DNA from: the human T2T-CHM13v2.0 reference genome, Homo sapiens
DNA length: 64,000 nt
Assembly (NCBI RefSeq): GCF_009914755.1
Contig: NC_060938.1
Direction: 5' to 3' (one strand)
Shown here piece by piece: positions 45,481 through 64,000 of this stretch. The stretch's first letter is position 1; each line of letters starts with the position of its first letter. The notes beneath the pieces are model-generated. The model saw only the letters and a list, made by a program, of their open reading frames with translations, was not told the DNA's origin and did not search any database. The position numbers were made by a program, and so were the translations under genes.

Positions 45481-47649
45481 TCAGCTTTGTTTCTAGGCGA
45501 TAAAGCAGCCAGGAAGGGCTTGGGCTTGGGCTTGGTGTTGGGAGAAAGTGCTTCTCTAGTAGGCTTCTGTCCCGGATTCGGGCCTACTGTGTGTCCTGGA
45601 TGAGTTAGTCACCTGTGCTACAGTGCACAGACTGGACAGAAAGCGAGGTTAACAGTTGTGATTCTGACCTGAATGGAGCCCTTAGCCTCAGATCTTTCAG
45701 AGTAACTTGTAACTGAACTGTTACCGTTTGAGAATTTAATGGTTTCTGTATACATTCCACACCTTTTGAAGTAATATTTAGTCGATAGAATTGTAAAATC
45801 ATAATTTTAGAGCTGGAAGAGACCTTAGAAATATGTAACACCGAGGGTAGGACAGTTGCCTATTGGAGACAAGGAGAATGGTCTGTTAGATAACCGCTGA
45901 GCAATTCTTCTAGCCTAGAGGTTCAATTTCTCTCTTGAGGAGATGCTATTGTATCATGTTTAGACAAGCCTTGTAAATAACGAGTTGAAACCGTGTAACT
46001 AGCCCACAACAGTTTTTCTAGGCTGCAGCCTCCAAAATCCCTTTGAGATGATAATAGTTACAAAAAGATCAAACAGCAGTTCTAAGTGGATAACAGCCAT
46101 GGTCTGAAGAGGTCAGAGGGGACTCTGTTGAAGAGGGACATGAGCTGGATTTTGGAGAATGAGCATTTTGAAAAATAAATGGAGTTAAATGTATATAGTA
46201 GGGAAGAAAAAGCATCTCAGAGAAGACAGCATGAGCATAGGGGCGGAGAACATGTTAGTGAATAAAGAAGGCTACGTAAAACGAGTTTTAAAATAGCCTT
46301 TGGTCACATATATGTGATTGCCTTAAAGAACACGGGCCCTTGTCGGTTTCTGAAAATATATGCCATCTTTAGGAAGTGACAAAAGTTTTAACCTGTCCAC
46401 ACTGCTCCTCACCCTACCAGCAATAGAGCATAGAATTCCTTGCCTTGTATGTGGGTGAGGATTGGAAATACAAATTCCTTATTTGTGGGGGTAAGATTGG
46501 AAAACAAAGACCAATCTTACACAATTGGTTATTCTTGACCCATCAGATTTTATTGCTAATGTTCATTACACAAAAGTTTGTAATTGGAATGAGGAAGGTG
46601 TTGCCCATGTGAGAAAAGCAGTCTTAACACAAGATTTTTAAATGACTATAATGTTAGTGTTATTCTCTTAATGAAGCATAATTTTCCTCCACTAAGGAAA
46701 ATAGTAACTAGTTGATAATTGCCTTATGTGCTTTAATTTTTATTTTAAATAGGCCAACTAATTAGATATCTTAGATATCAATCTTTAGTATTGGGAAGAG
46801 GGTAGTCAGGAGCCTCATGTTTGTAGTGGTTAACAGACAGACTTTGGAGTCAGTCAGACATAGGTTCAAATCCTGGCTCTGCCAGCTTTAAGACTTGGTT
46901 TGAAAATTTAATAATTGCCAAATCACCCCATTTAGGTAAGACTTTTTACAAGAGTGGAAGCCCATGTAATTATAGAACGTTTGGAAGTCTGGGCTAAGCA
47001 CTGCTGAGGCCACAAGACCATGTAAATCCAGTCACTTCCATCCTAATTTAGGCCTAACCAGTCATCTTGTGCCTAACCCAACCATTCTCTCCATCCGAGT
47101 TAGTTTTGCCCACGTAGATAAACTTTTTACTATGTTTATTTGCAAACTTAAGCCAAGGCCATGTATTTATTGACTAGAAATGATGAAAACTTGGACACCA
47201 TCTAAATCGCATAAAAACATCTTTCTAATAGTACCAATAGTACCCCAGTCAGAAGGGTAAACTAGTTAATACGCATGTTTTTCACCCTTGTCATTGTTTT
47301 GTTTTGTTTTAACCTCCCATAATACCATCTCTACTGTTCATGTGTTTTCTGTCATGGTTTTTCCCTTGGTACTTCTCTGAGTTTTTCACTATTTGCTTCT
47401 TTCCACTGTTTGCCATGTCTGCCTGCACTGTGTGGGAGTGGAGAAAAAACAGGAGCATATGATTATTGGAATCCCAATAGCAATAGCAAAGAAGCATGCA
47501 ACTGGAAATATAGTATTTTTCTTTCACCATGTGGTGGTTTCTGTGATCTCTGATAGCTTTCTGCAGGCACTGAGCACAAAGAAGCCCAAAAGTCCATTTA
47601 CATCCTTTAACAGTTTCAAATAATCAGGGACCATGACTCCAGTAGCTAT

Positions 47650-49590
47650 TCCCGGCCTCCTCTTGACCACAGTTTATTAAGCTGTTGACCTCAACTTCAT
47701 ACCACCCTCTGCTTTGTGAATCTAGGGCAGAACTCTAAACTACATTTCTTCTTTGCAAGCTGACTGCCCATTGGGCTTTGCCAACAAGGGAGGGAGACTG
47801 GAAAGCTGGAAGAGGATGAAGGGACTTGCTGCTTCCTGTTGATTCCTTTTCTTGTCTGTCACTTGCCACAATAGTGCCTCACTCTGGCATTAATAGTTGG
47901 TCCCACTTGTTCCAGTTTATGCTTTCCTACTCTGCTAGAATCAGCCTTATGCACTTCCTTAAAGATACCAGTATCCTTTCCTCAGATCTGAGTCCTGAGC
48001 TCCATAGAGTCTCTCCTCCACATTTCTAAACTATAGTAAATTCTCTTTATTCTCTTTTCTCTGTTCCCTTGTCCTAGGAGTGATAGCTGCTTCCTGCTGT
48101 TACTACTTCTTATCACATAAGTAGGACTCAGTGTCCTCTTTTTGCCTTTTCAGTTCTTCAACATATGGTTAACATTTTTCATATGAAAATTTCTCTTGAT
48201 GTTGATGCTGACAACTTTAAAAATCAAGTCCAATCTCTCTGTTAAAATAACGGATGCATTTTCAGACTCCTGCCTGGACCCTGACTGATAAAGAAATTGT
48301 CACTAAGAATGGGATCCTGGTGAGAAAACTTTCAAAGATAGAATTTGGGGGCATCGGTTTGGTAATTTCTTTAGCTCTTTGCCAATGGGAAATAATCTAG
48401 TAACCCACAACATGTAGTGGCATCACAATCAAATTGATACATTTGGTTGATTGTGATAAAATTATTTCTGAAGCTGTGTGCTGGAGGACCAAGTGGCTAA
48501 AGCGCTTGACTGTTAATGGCAGTAATGATGACTACAGGGACTGAGGGAGAAGTGAGAAGTGAGATAGGTGCTTCTTTGTTCACTGGAGCACTGACAGAAA
48601 GCAAATGACAAACTCAGGTCTTCAAAGCGTTAGATCAGTCAAGTCTTAGAGAATCAAAAAGTTTCCATGGTTCTAAAGCACTTCATTTTGTGTAGCCACG
48701 GAAAGACTTGCTAAAAATTGGACACAGTTTTATGTTATGTTATGTTATGTTATGTTATGTTATGTTATGTTATGTAATGTTATGTTATGTTATGTTATTT
48801 TTGAGACAGAGTCTTGCTCTGTTGTCCGAGCTGGAGTGCAGTGGCATGATTTTGGCTCACTGCCTATAATTCCAGCACTTTGGGAGGCTGAGGCAGGAAG
48901 ACTGTTTGAGCCCAGAAGTTCAAGACCAACATGGGAAATATGGCAAAACTCGGTCTCTACAAAAAATAGAAAAATTAGCCAGGCATGGTGGCAGGTGCCT
49001 GAACACAGTTTTAACTGCGATAGTAATAGAATTACCTAGCCTTTGTCAGTGTCTCATTTAGAATATTGTTTGGAAAGAAGTAGAACCCTGAGACTTGGAA
49101 TGGGGACATCTAGGTAGACATGGACAGAGCTGAGAATCTTGAAAAAAACTCCAGTCACTCTGAGCCTCCATTGTTGACAGAAGCTGCTTACTTTTGAAAA
49201 TTAGCCTTCTCTTGCTTGAAGATCCTGTAATAACCTCACCTAGGGTAGTTTCTTTGCAAAGGGCTATCCACACTTAAGAGCTACCTCTATTATCTTGTCA
49301 TGAGGCCCAGATCTCTGCATGTTGCCTAGTATAGGGACAAAATCTGATCTGACTAGAAATAGTCTGTCCTTGAAAAGAATTGCAAAATTTTGCTAATTTA
49401 TATCTGTGGAATCCTGAGGAATATATGTGAGGATGGATTGTAAGCCGGAGAATAGAATGTAACACTAGATCAGATCATATTTATTCATCTGGGTATATTC
49501 TCAAGAAATTCTGCATCTAAAGCGTTAACTCATACTTGTTTGTTTGATGGAAACTTGGACTCATTGGTGGCCTGTATTTTATAACGTTGA
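47650..49590 (+). mobile_element. Old ERVL-type LTR plus internal remnant in CGRRF1 intron 1
   Basis: LTR-like end CTCCTGCCTGGACCCTGACTGATA at ~48290 followed by ERVL-internal-like sequence; highly diverged. Confidence 0.5.
48732..49002. mobile_element. Composite, internally inverted Alu with (TTATG)13 tail
   Basis: Minus-strand Alu 3' end joined to a plus-strand Alu left arm; TSD ACACAGTTTT. Confidence 0.8.
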
Positions 49591-49604
49591 GATTTCTGTT
49601 GTTG

Positions 49605-52545
<2,941 letters not shown>

Positions 52546-52759
52546 TCTTTTATAAAATCAGAGTCATCAAAAGTGAATTTTTATTTCATTTGTTAATTTT
52601 ATTGGTTATCTTTCAGTGTTAGACTTGTGTGTTTTGAAACTTTAGTTTTCAACCTAAATTTTAGTGGAAGATTCGTTTTGTTTTGTTACTTTTCTCCCTT
52701 TGTTATCACCCTCACTGTTTATCCACTTTGCAATTATTATTATTATTATTATTTTTAGT

Positions 52760-54708
<1,949 letters not shown>

Positions 54709-55233
54709 TAGGACCAAGTCTTATAACGACAGTTCTGCGTATTTTTGTATTGACCTAATCCAGCTCCTGGTTCCAAGTTATAAACCTGGCTCTGGCCCTT
54801 GTCTGGAGAAGACAGCCTATGCTGGTCTCCTTAGTACATGAAGGCTTGGTTGCCACTGTCTGCTGCCAGACTGAGAACCATGAAACCATGGCATAGCCTT
54901 ACTCATTACTTTGTTTCTTTGCTTTTTTTGGATCCATAAAGGTATTTGTTCCCAGCATTTTATTATAAAAATTTTCAAACATACAGAATACTAGAAAGAA
55001 TTACACAGTGAACACACATCTGCCCATCACTTAGATTCTACAATCAGCATTTTACTGTAATTTCTCTATTACATATCTGTCCACATTAATCCACTCTTTT
55101 ATCCATACATTGGTCTATCTTATTTCACGATGCCCTTCAAAGTGAGTTGTACTCTTCACCTGTAAGTTCTAAAACATTACATATTACTGATTAGAGTTCA
55201 GTGTTTGTTTTCGTTTATAGTTTTTTGAAGTAA

Positions 55234-55590
<357 letters not shown>

Positions 55591-56336
55591 AAGATGTACA
55601 AATCTTAAGTGTACCATTTACCAAGTGTTATCAAACACATCATCTATACAGCTTAAGCCTCTGTCAAGATACTGAACGTTACCGTCAATTTTCTTATGCT
55701 CTTTCCCAGTCAGTCCTACTCCTGTACTTCCGGAAGCAACCATTGTTCTCATTTTTATTTCTACCATAAATTTGTTGTGCCTGCTCTAGAATTTTATATT
55801 AGAGAAGGATACAGCATTTATTCTTTTGTGTAAGGCTTCTTTTGCATAGCACGATGTTTCTGAAATTTATCCATTTGATTGTAGTAATAAATTGTTCCTT
55901 TTCACTGCTGAATACTTCTATTCTTTTCTTTAAATATACCACAGTTTGTTTACTCATTTCAGCGGAGTCTTTCTTTTTTCTTAAAGCATATGGGACTCAG
56001 GTATCTGTGGGGTCTTTTTAATTTTTCTTTTTCTTTTTTATCTATCACTGATATGTATTTGGAGAGAAGGGAGTGCATCAAATAGGCTCCTAACTGTGCC
56101 GTCTTTAACTAAAATTTCCTAGTTTAACTGGTGTGTATTAATTTTAGATTATTTTATGTAAATTGAGTAAAGTAGCTGTTTTTTAATTTTATTGGGAATT
56201 GAATTTAGCCCCTTTCATTTTCCTTTTAATTCTGTTCCATGGGCATTGTCAGAGTTTACATTTTTACATGAAATTTAAAAGTAGAAGATATATAAATGAA
56301 GAGCTATAGTTGGTGTTTTAAAAGTTCCATTGTCCT

Positions 56337-57016
<680 letters not shown>

Positions 57017-57153
57017 TAAGTTCATCATGTGTTTGCTGTTAAATTAAGTATAATTTATCTATAATCTCCATACTCCTTTGGTGTTATCAACAGTATTAAC
57101 AATAGAACTCTTTGTTTTCAAGAATGTGTTGATTCAGCCAGCTGAACAATACC

Positions 57154-57446
57154 TAGTCCTTCCTTGATATCTGAGGGGGATTGATTCTAGGATACCCACC
57201 CCCCATATTCTAGGATGCTTAAGTCCCTTATATAACATTACATAGTATTTGCATATAACCTACACACGTCCTTCTGTACACTTCAAATTATCTCTAGATT
57301 ACTTACACCTAATGTAAATGCTGTGTAAACAGTTGTTATACTGTATTGGTTTTGAATTTGTAGTATTTTTTATTGTTATTTTTTATTCTTCCCCCTCGTC
57401 CCCAAATATTTTTGATGTGCACTTGGTTCATACAGAGGGCCAACTG
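57154..57446. mobile_element. MER2 (TcMar-Tigger) DNA transposon
   Basis: GGATGCTTAAGTCCCTTATATAA..CATAGTATTTGCATATAACCTAC..CTCTAGATTACTTA..GAGGGCCAACTG. Confidence 0.82.
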
Positions 57447-57611
57447 TTTTGCAGTTCTGTGGGATCTCTAAAATAACGTAAATTGAGAAATTTAACCTCT
57501 TTCTGACACTTAATGCTAAAAGGAATCGCTAATGAAGCACAACAGATTTTACACATAACATAAAGTTTCAACATTTGTTAAAATAATATTTTATTTTTTA
57601 CCTTTTTTTAG

Positions 57612-57751
57612 GTTTGGTTGGGATGTTCCAGTAATTCTGAGAAATTCAGAAGAGACCCAGTTCAGCACAAGAGTTTTCAAAAAGCAAATGAGACAAGTCA
57701 AGAATCCTTTTGGCTTAGAGATCACTAATCCATCTTCAGCTTCAATTACAA
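57612..57751 (+). CDS. CGRRF1: CGRRF1 exon 2 (FGWDVPVILRNSEETQFSTRVFKKQMRQVKNPFGLEITNPSSASIT); gene continues beyond the window
   Basis: ccttttttag|G completes the TG|G Trp codon; 140 nt open frame; donor A|gttggt. Confidence 0.95.
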
Positions 57752-58095
57752 GTTGGTGGCTGTTTTCCAAAGATTTTCTCTCATTGTTTGCCCTCTTTTT
57801 TTAGCCCTTTTATTTTCTTTCTCTATTTCTTTCCCTTCATTAGACTTTTAACAAACATTTGTTGGGCAACTATGTTGTTCCAGGTGCTGTACTGTATATG
57901 ACAGATACAAAGATTAAGAAGTTACAAACTTTACTCCTGAAGAATTTATCACCTAGTAAACAGAGGTAGATGTGTATACAAAGGAGTAGAATGAAGTATT
58001 ACAGGTGTTAATAGTGAAGTCTCTTAGGACACTATGCCATTTTTATTGGTCTGTAGTAAAGTGAGAAATGATGTGTTATGTCTAAATACAGTTAA

Positions 58096-58429
<334 letters not shown>

Positions 58430-59548
58430 TGATTGTCATTTAATCTGAAACTATGGTATTTTGGTATAAATTATTTTGATATAACATGTTCTTTTGTAGA
58501 TGGTAGGTAATAGATGGCAGTTGTTTGCTTTTGTACTTGCTTGGAAAAATAAGTTGTCTGCAGGACCATATAGGAACCATTAGAATTGTAAAGAAAGAGA
58601 TGCTTAAATTTGTTAAGGTGAAGAGGCATATTCAGGAAAGCCTTCATAAAAAAGAATATGCTGAGTCTCTCTTACTTTTTTTTTCTTTATTCCTTCCTCC
58701 TTTTTTTTTTTTGAGTAGAATCTTGGAAGATAGGTGTTTACTTCGTGGATGAGAAATGGAGTGATACATTAAAGAAACAGTAGTTATGGCTAAAGCATAG
58801 GATGGGACAGGTAACAGAGGAGTCTAAGAAGACTCAGGTTCTTCCTATGGGTCCTCCATAGCCAGATCCTGTTAGAAAAATGAGGAGTACAGAAAGAATA
58901 GCAAGTTTCCAAAGAAAGGCAATGAATTCAATTTTGAACTTTTGGACTTTGAAATTCTTTCGTGACAGTTCAATAGAAATAAAGAGTAGGCAGTCCTAGA
59001 TACAGTTCTGTAGCTTTTTTTCTGGGCCGAGACCCTGTCCCTTCTATACTTGCTTACATTTCTGGTTTCTTGAAAACAAATAAGCCAGATCTTTCTCTGC
59101 TTTTCATCCTAGTCTAGCTACTGCCGTATTTCTCTTCTTCCCCTCACAGCCAGCTTCTTAGAAGCTGTTTGCATTTTCCTTCTCTTAGCCTGCTTCATTT
59201 TTACTCCTCAGTGCAGTGCAGTCTGACTTTTCCCTGTATCCCTTTACTGAAATGGCTTTCTCTGAGGTCACTAATTACGACTTCTGCCCTGCACTTTTGA
59301 CCCCCAGCAGTCATCAAATCCAGTGGGAGCCTTTCAGGGCTGAGTTAATGCTCTCTCTCTAGTATTTTACAGAGTTGACCTTCATTTGCAACGTCCTGCT
59401 CCCTTGCGTCTATGGACCATTCTTGTCTATTCATCTTTCCTGCCTCTAACTCTCAGAATCTAATAACTGGTCAGAAATCAGTTTACTTAGTCAAATAGAT
59501 CATCAGGCTTAAGTAAATCTTGATTTGTAAGGAAAAATATATATATAT

Positions 59549-59850
59549 ATTTTTTTTTTTCGAGACAGGCTCTTGCTCTTCCACCCAGGCTGGAATGCAG
59601 TAGTATGATCATACCTCACTGCAGCCCCAATACCCTGGGCTCAAGTGGTCCTCCTGCCTCAGCCCCCTGAGTAGCTGGGACTACAGGTGTGCATGACCGT
59701 GCCTGGCTAAATAAAAAAAAAAATGTTTTTTGTGGAGATGGGGTCTTGCTGTGTTGCCCAGGCTGGTCTCAAACTTCTGGCCTCAAGCAGTCCTTCTGCC
59801 CCAGGCTCACAAAGTGCTGGGATTACAGGCGTGACCCACTGTTCTTGGCC
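59549..59850 (-). mobile_element. AluJ
   Basis: Alu consensus. Confidence 0.88.
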
Positions 59851-60077
59851 CCAGAAAGTACAAAATTTCTTATTCATCCTCTTTAGCTGTAAATACTATT
59901 ACCCTATGAATTGATGGAAACTAGGATCTCGGCCACTCCCCTCCCCGCTCCTTCCCTATAATAGATAACAGTTCATTCTGATATTTTTTACTTGAGAAAA
60001 CCAAATTTTGAGATATGACACAGATAAAACTAATTTGTTTAAAAGATAGTAGGTTGTGCATGCCTGATTAAAGTGTA

Positions 60078-60222
<145 letters not shown>

Positions 60223-60972
60223 TCAAGTGTACAGCATAGTGGTGGTTCAATAACCTCCCACCTCTGTGGCCATAGGCTAGAACCTGCTACAATGTCACAT
60301 CTGGCTCTTGAGCAGGACCCGCAATGAAAAACCTACCAGCTGCAAGGCCTTCCTTCCTGCAGTACAGTTCCACAGGTCTGAAAATACACTGAAAAACTAA
60401 GAAGAGCTGATACATTGTGAGCAAAACACAGGGCACTTGTGAGGCAGAAAGTGTGAGGAAATCCATCAATCTGCTTTTCAGGCAGAAATAGTCACAAATA
60501 GAACCAGCCTTGCGAATGTTTGAGGCAAATGAAAAGATAGCCAGTAAGTAGCCCTCTTAGCTATGCCTGCACACTAGTTGCTAACCAACAGTAGTATTAC
60601 TGAAGTCATGAAAAATTATTTAAATGTGTGGATGTACAGCATGAATACTGAAATATTTTAATTTTTAAAATACCGATGCATATCATTTATTATCTTTCTC
60701 CTATGGGGAAATAGAAGGATTTTGATAGGAGTTATACTCAACAGAGTAAAATTCATTTGTTTAAACTGTGGAAAAGTGGGTATCATTAAAGATGTCTATA
60801 CAGAACATTAAAATAATATTGTAACAATATTTGTGACATTTAAAAAAGTTATTTCATTTGATGTGTAGATAGTTTAAAAATCTTTTTTTCACCACTGTAC
60901 CCAAACTGCCTGACATATAGCAGAAGAGGGTGAATAATCTAGAGACCTGATTTAACTTGAAAATAAACCAGA

Positions 60973-61290
<318 letters not shown>

Positions 61291-61300
61291 TTATATTTAA

Positions 61301-61608
<308 letters not shown>

Positions 61609-62502
61609 ATATTTTAAAATTTATAATTAAAAAAAAAAGAAAACCAGAGAATCGATTTTAATCTGAGTCATTTAGTTCTGTTTACTAGGGGTGGGTTGCT
61701 GGGATTTTTTTGTTGTTGTTATTATGTAATGATATATTTGGATTTGCGTTTCCATGTCTCCAATATAGAGTCTTTAATGAAATTGAAAGTTAGATACTCA
61801 GTGTATATAAGTTGAGTTGAATTAATTTGATTCAGGAATTCTGCTTTTTGTAAATAGCTTCCTTATATTTTAGCTTATTCACTCTGGTAAGAGCTAACAT
61901 TAAAGCAAAAGGGTTAGAAAAAAACACAATGTACATGGCATGTTTGGAGGCGTTTGTGAACCTCCATTCTCTACAACCTAAAACTTTCATCTCCCAATAC
62001 TCTGGCTTTATTATCCTCATGAATGGTCTCCTTGTTTTATTACTGCTTCTCTCACAGGGATCCTTCCTCAAGAAGGTTTGTGGCTTTTCCGCCCCATCAT
62101 TTCTCCCTTTTTAGTGGCTTAGCATATTTTCTACAGTCCTTATTTTTTTCACTTTTTTGCAAGGCTGTCTCTTACACTCCGCTTTATTTGCTTGTTATAG
62201 ATAGTCTGGGTAAGGACAGTTTGAGAGATACCACACCCATGTGCTTCACTTATTTTGATTCTGAATTTTCTTACAGCTACGTCCCAATTCTGTTAATGCT
62301 ATTGATCTAAAGTGATGTCATGTGTGTACTGAGTTTTAGAAGGCAAAAAAATACATAAAAATTGAAACTCTTTGCAAAAAAAAAAGTGGAAAAGGTAAAG
62401 GGAGAATAGTTTTGATGGGGGTACTGACACTGTCTTCAGATAGTGGAAATCATTACATTCTCCCCTCAGTTTATGTAATGGACAAGTTTGTAAAAGATTA
62501 TA

Positions 62503-62640
62503 GAGATATACCTAATGCTAAATGACGAGTTAATGGGTGCGGGACACCAACATGGCACATGTATACATATGTAGCAAACCTGCACATTGTGCACATGTAC
62601 CCTAAAACTTAAAGTATAATAATAATAACATTAAAAAAAG
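62503..62640 (+). mobile_element. Severely 5'-truncated young L1PA 3'UTR
   Basis: GAGATATACCTAATGCTAAATGACGAGTTAATGGGTGC...CCCTAAAACTTAAAGTATAATAA; TSD AGATTAT[A/G]GAGA. Confidence 0.9.
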
Positions 62641-62913
62641 AGATTATGGAGAGTATAATTTTATAGATTCTGTAGTTTTTTTAAATTAATTTTAGAGACA
62701 TTTTAAGATCTGATTAATCTCCAGTTGTCAAAGGTCTCTGACACTCTTCCCATTTTAGTTAAGTATACAAAGTCTATAAACGAGTCTCTTAAGTAGCTCT
62801 GAATCTTTGGGGCTCTGGCTTTTTTTTTCTTTTTACAAAGCAAATAAACAGGGTAGTTTTATATGTTCTGTAAGCTGTAAGTTGAGTTTTAAAAGGCTTA
62901 TCCTTCCATTGTT

Positions 62914-63200
62914 CTTTTTTTTTTTTTTCTTTTTTTGAAACAGGGTCTCACTCTGTCATCCAGGTGGAAATGTAGTGGTGTGATCATGGCTGACTGCAGC
63001 CGTGATCCTCCTACCTCAGCCTTCCAAGAAGTTAGGACCACGGGTGCGTGCCACCATGCCCAGCTAATTTTTGTGTGTTTTGTAGAGACATGGTTTTGCC
63101 ACGTTGGCCCAGGCTGGTCTCAAACTCCTGGCTCAAGTGATCTGCACATCTTGGCCTCCCAAAGTGCTGGAATTACAGGCATGAAACACCACACCCAGCC
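62914..63200 (-). mobile_element. AluJ (a truncated Alu follows at 63367-63462)
   Basis: Alu consensus. Confidence 0.86.
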
Positions 63201-64000
63201 TGTTCTTCTTTAATGTAAACAAACACATATATGGGTATCCATTCTTGTGAGATAAACAGTAGCATATATATTTAATTTTCTCTACCTTGCTTTTTTTTCA
63301 TTTACTAATATATTCTGAAGATCATTTCATAATAGTGTGTGCAGATACTCTGATATACCTCAATTCTTTTTTTTTTTTTTTTTTTTTTAAGAGACAGAGT
63401 CTCACTGTGTCAGCCAGGTTGTAGTGCAGTGGCACGATCTCGGCTCACTGTAACCTCCGCCTTCCTATTCACTTTTAATAGCTTCTTAGTACTTTATTGT
63501 AGAGTACTATATTTATTCATTTAATCCGCATTGATGAACATTTGGGTTTATTCCAGCATTTTGCTATGATAACTAGTGCTATAATGAGTAGCCTTATACA
63601 TATATCTTTTCACATTTTTGCTAGTAATACAATAATAAATAATCATTTTGTGTTTCTTGTTTTTTCTTTTTCAATGTTTTAAAATATGCATTTTCTATTT
63701 TTTCCTTTCGTATCTACCTCCAGCTTTTTTCTTCTGCCTCATGTTATGTGGTTCTACAGTGACAAAGGGAAAAATATGTGTGATTTTGTATGTGTGTGTA
63801 TATGTGTGTATATGTATTTGTGTATGTATAAATAAAATGTTTTCCTTCAGCTATTTAATATCAAATGGAATTTTTCATTCTTGAGTTAATACCTGATGAT
63901 TGGAATCATAAAAATTTGAAATCAAAGCCTGCTCCAATTAACCTATGCAAAGTTCCTACCAATTAAAATTTTTCCTTAAGTATGATTAGAAATGGCCATG

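Noticed and set aside
48730-48795. (TTATG)n and other short arrays as CRISPR-like or novel repeat systems
   Set aside because: Spacerless microsatellites derived from Alu tails in eukaryotic DNA.

Overview
Primate (most likely human) genomic DNA. I recognise it from the encoded proteins as the GMFB-CGRRF1 locus; placement at chr14q22 is from memory. The window holds the complete 7-exon GMFB gene on the minus strand: a 429-nt CDS giving 142 aa, an ATG-only first coding exon, an AT-AC minor-spliceosome intron 4 and a ~3.6-kb 3'UTR. About 21 kb away, head-to-head on the plus strand, are exons 1-2 of CGRRF1. Each gene has its own CpG-island promoter. Most of the rest is interspersed repeat: about 40 Alus, L1/L2/MIR remnants, a two-LTR MaLR element, a ~9-kb decayed MER4-group ERV1 provirus with a tRNA-Pro primer site, solo LTRs, and MER20/MER2 DNA transposons. 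Nearly all ORF-track entries are spurious repeat-derived frames. I find no evidence of a previously undescribed biological system. The most notable items are the U12 intron and its possible alternative outcomes, an internally inverted Alu bounded by a single target-site duplication (TSD), tightly spaced inverted Alu pairs around CGRRF1 exon 2, small hairpins, and miRNA/APA elements in the GMFB 3'UTR. Repeat subfamily names are from memory and repeat boundaries are approximate.
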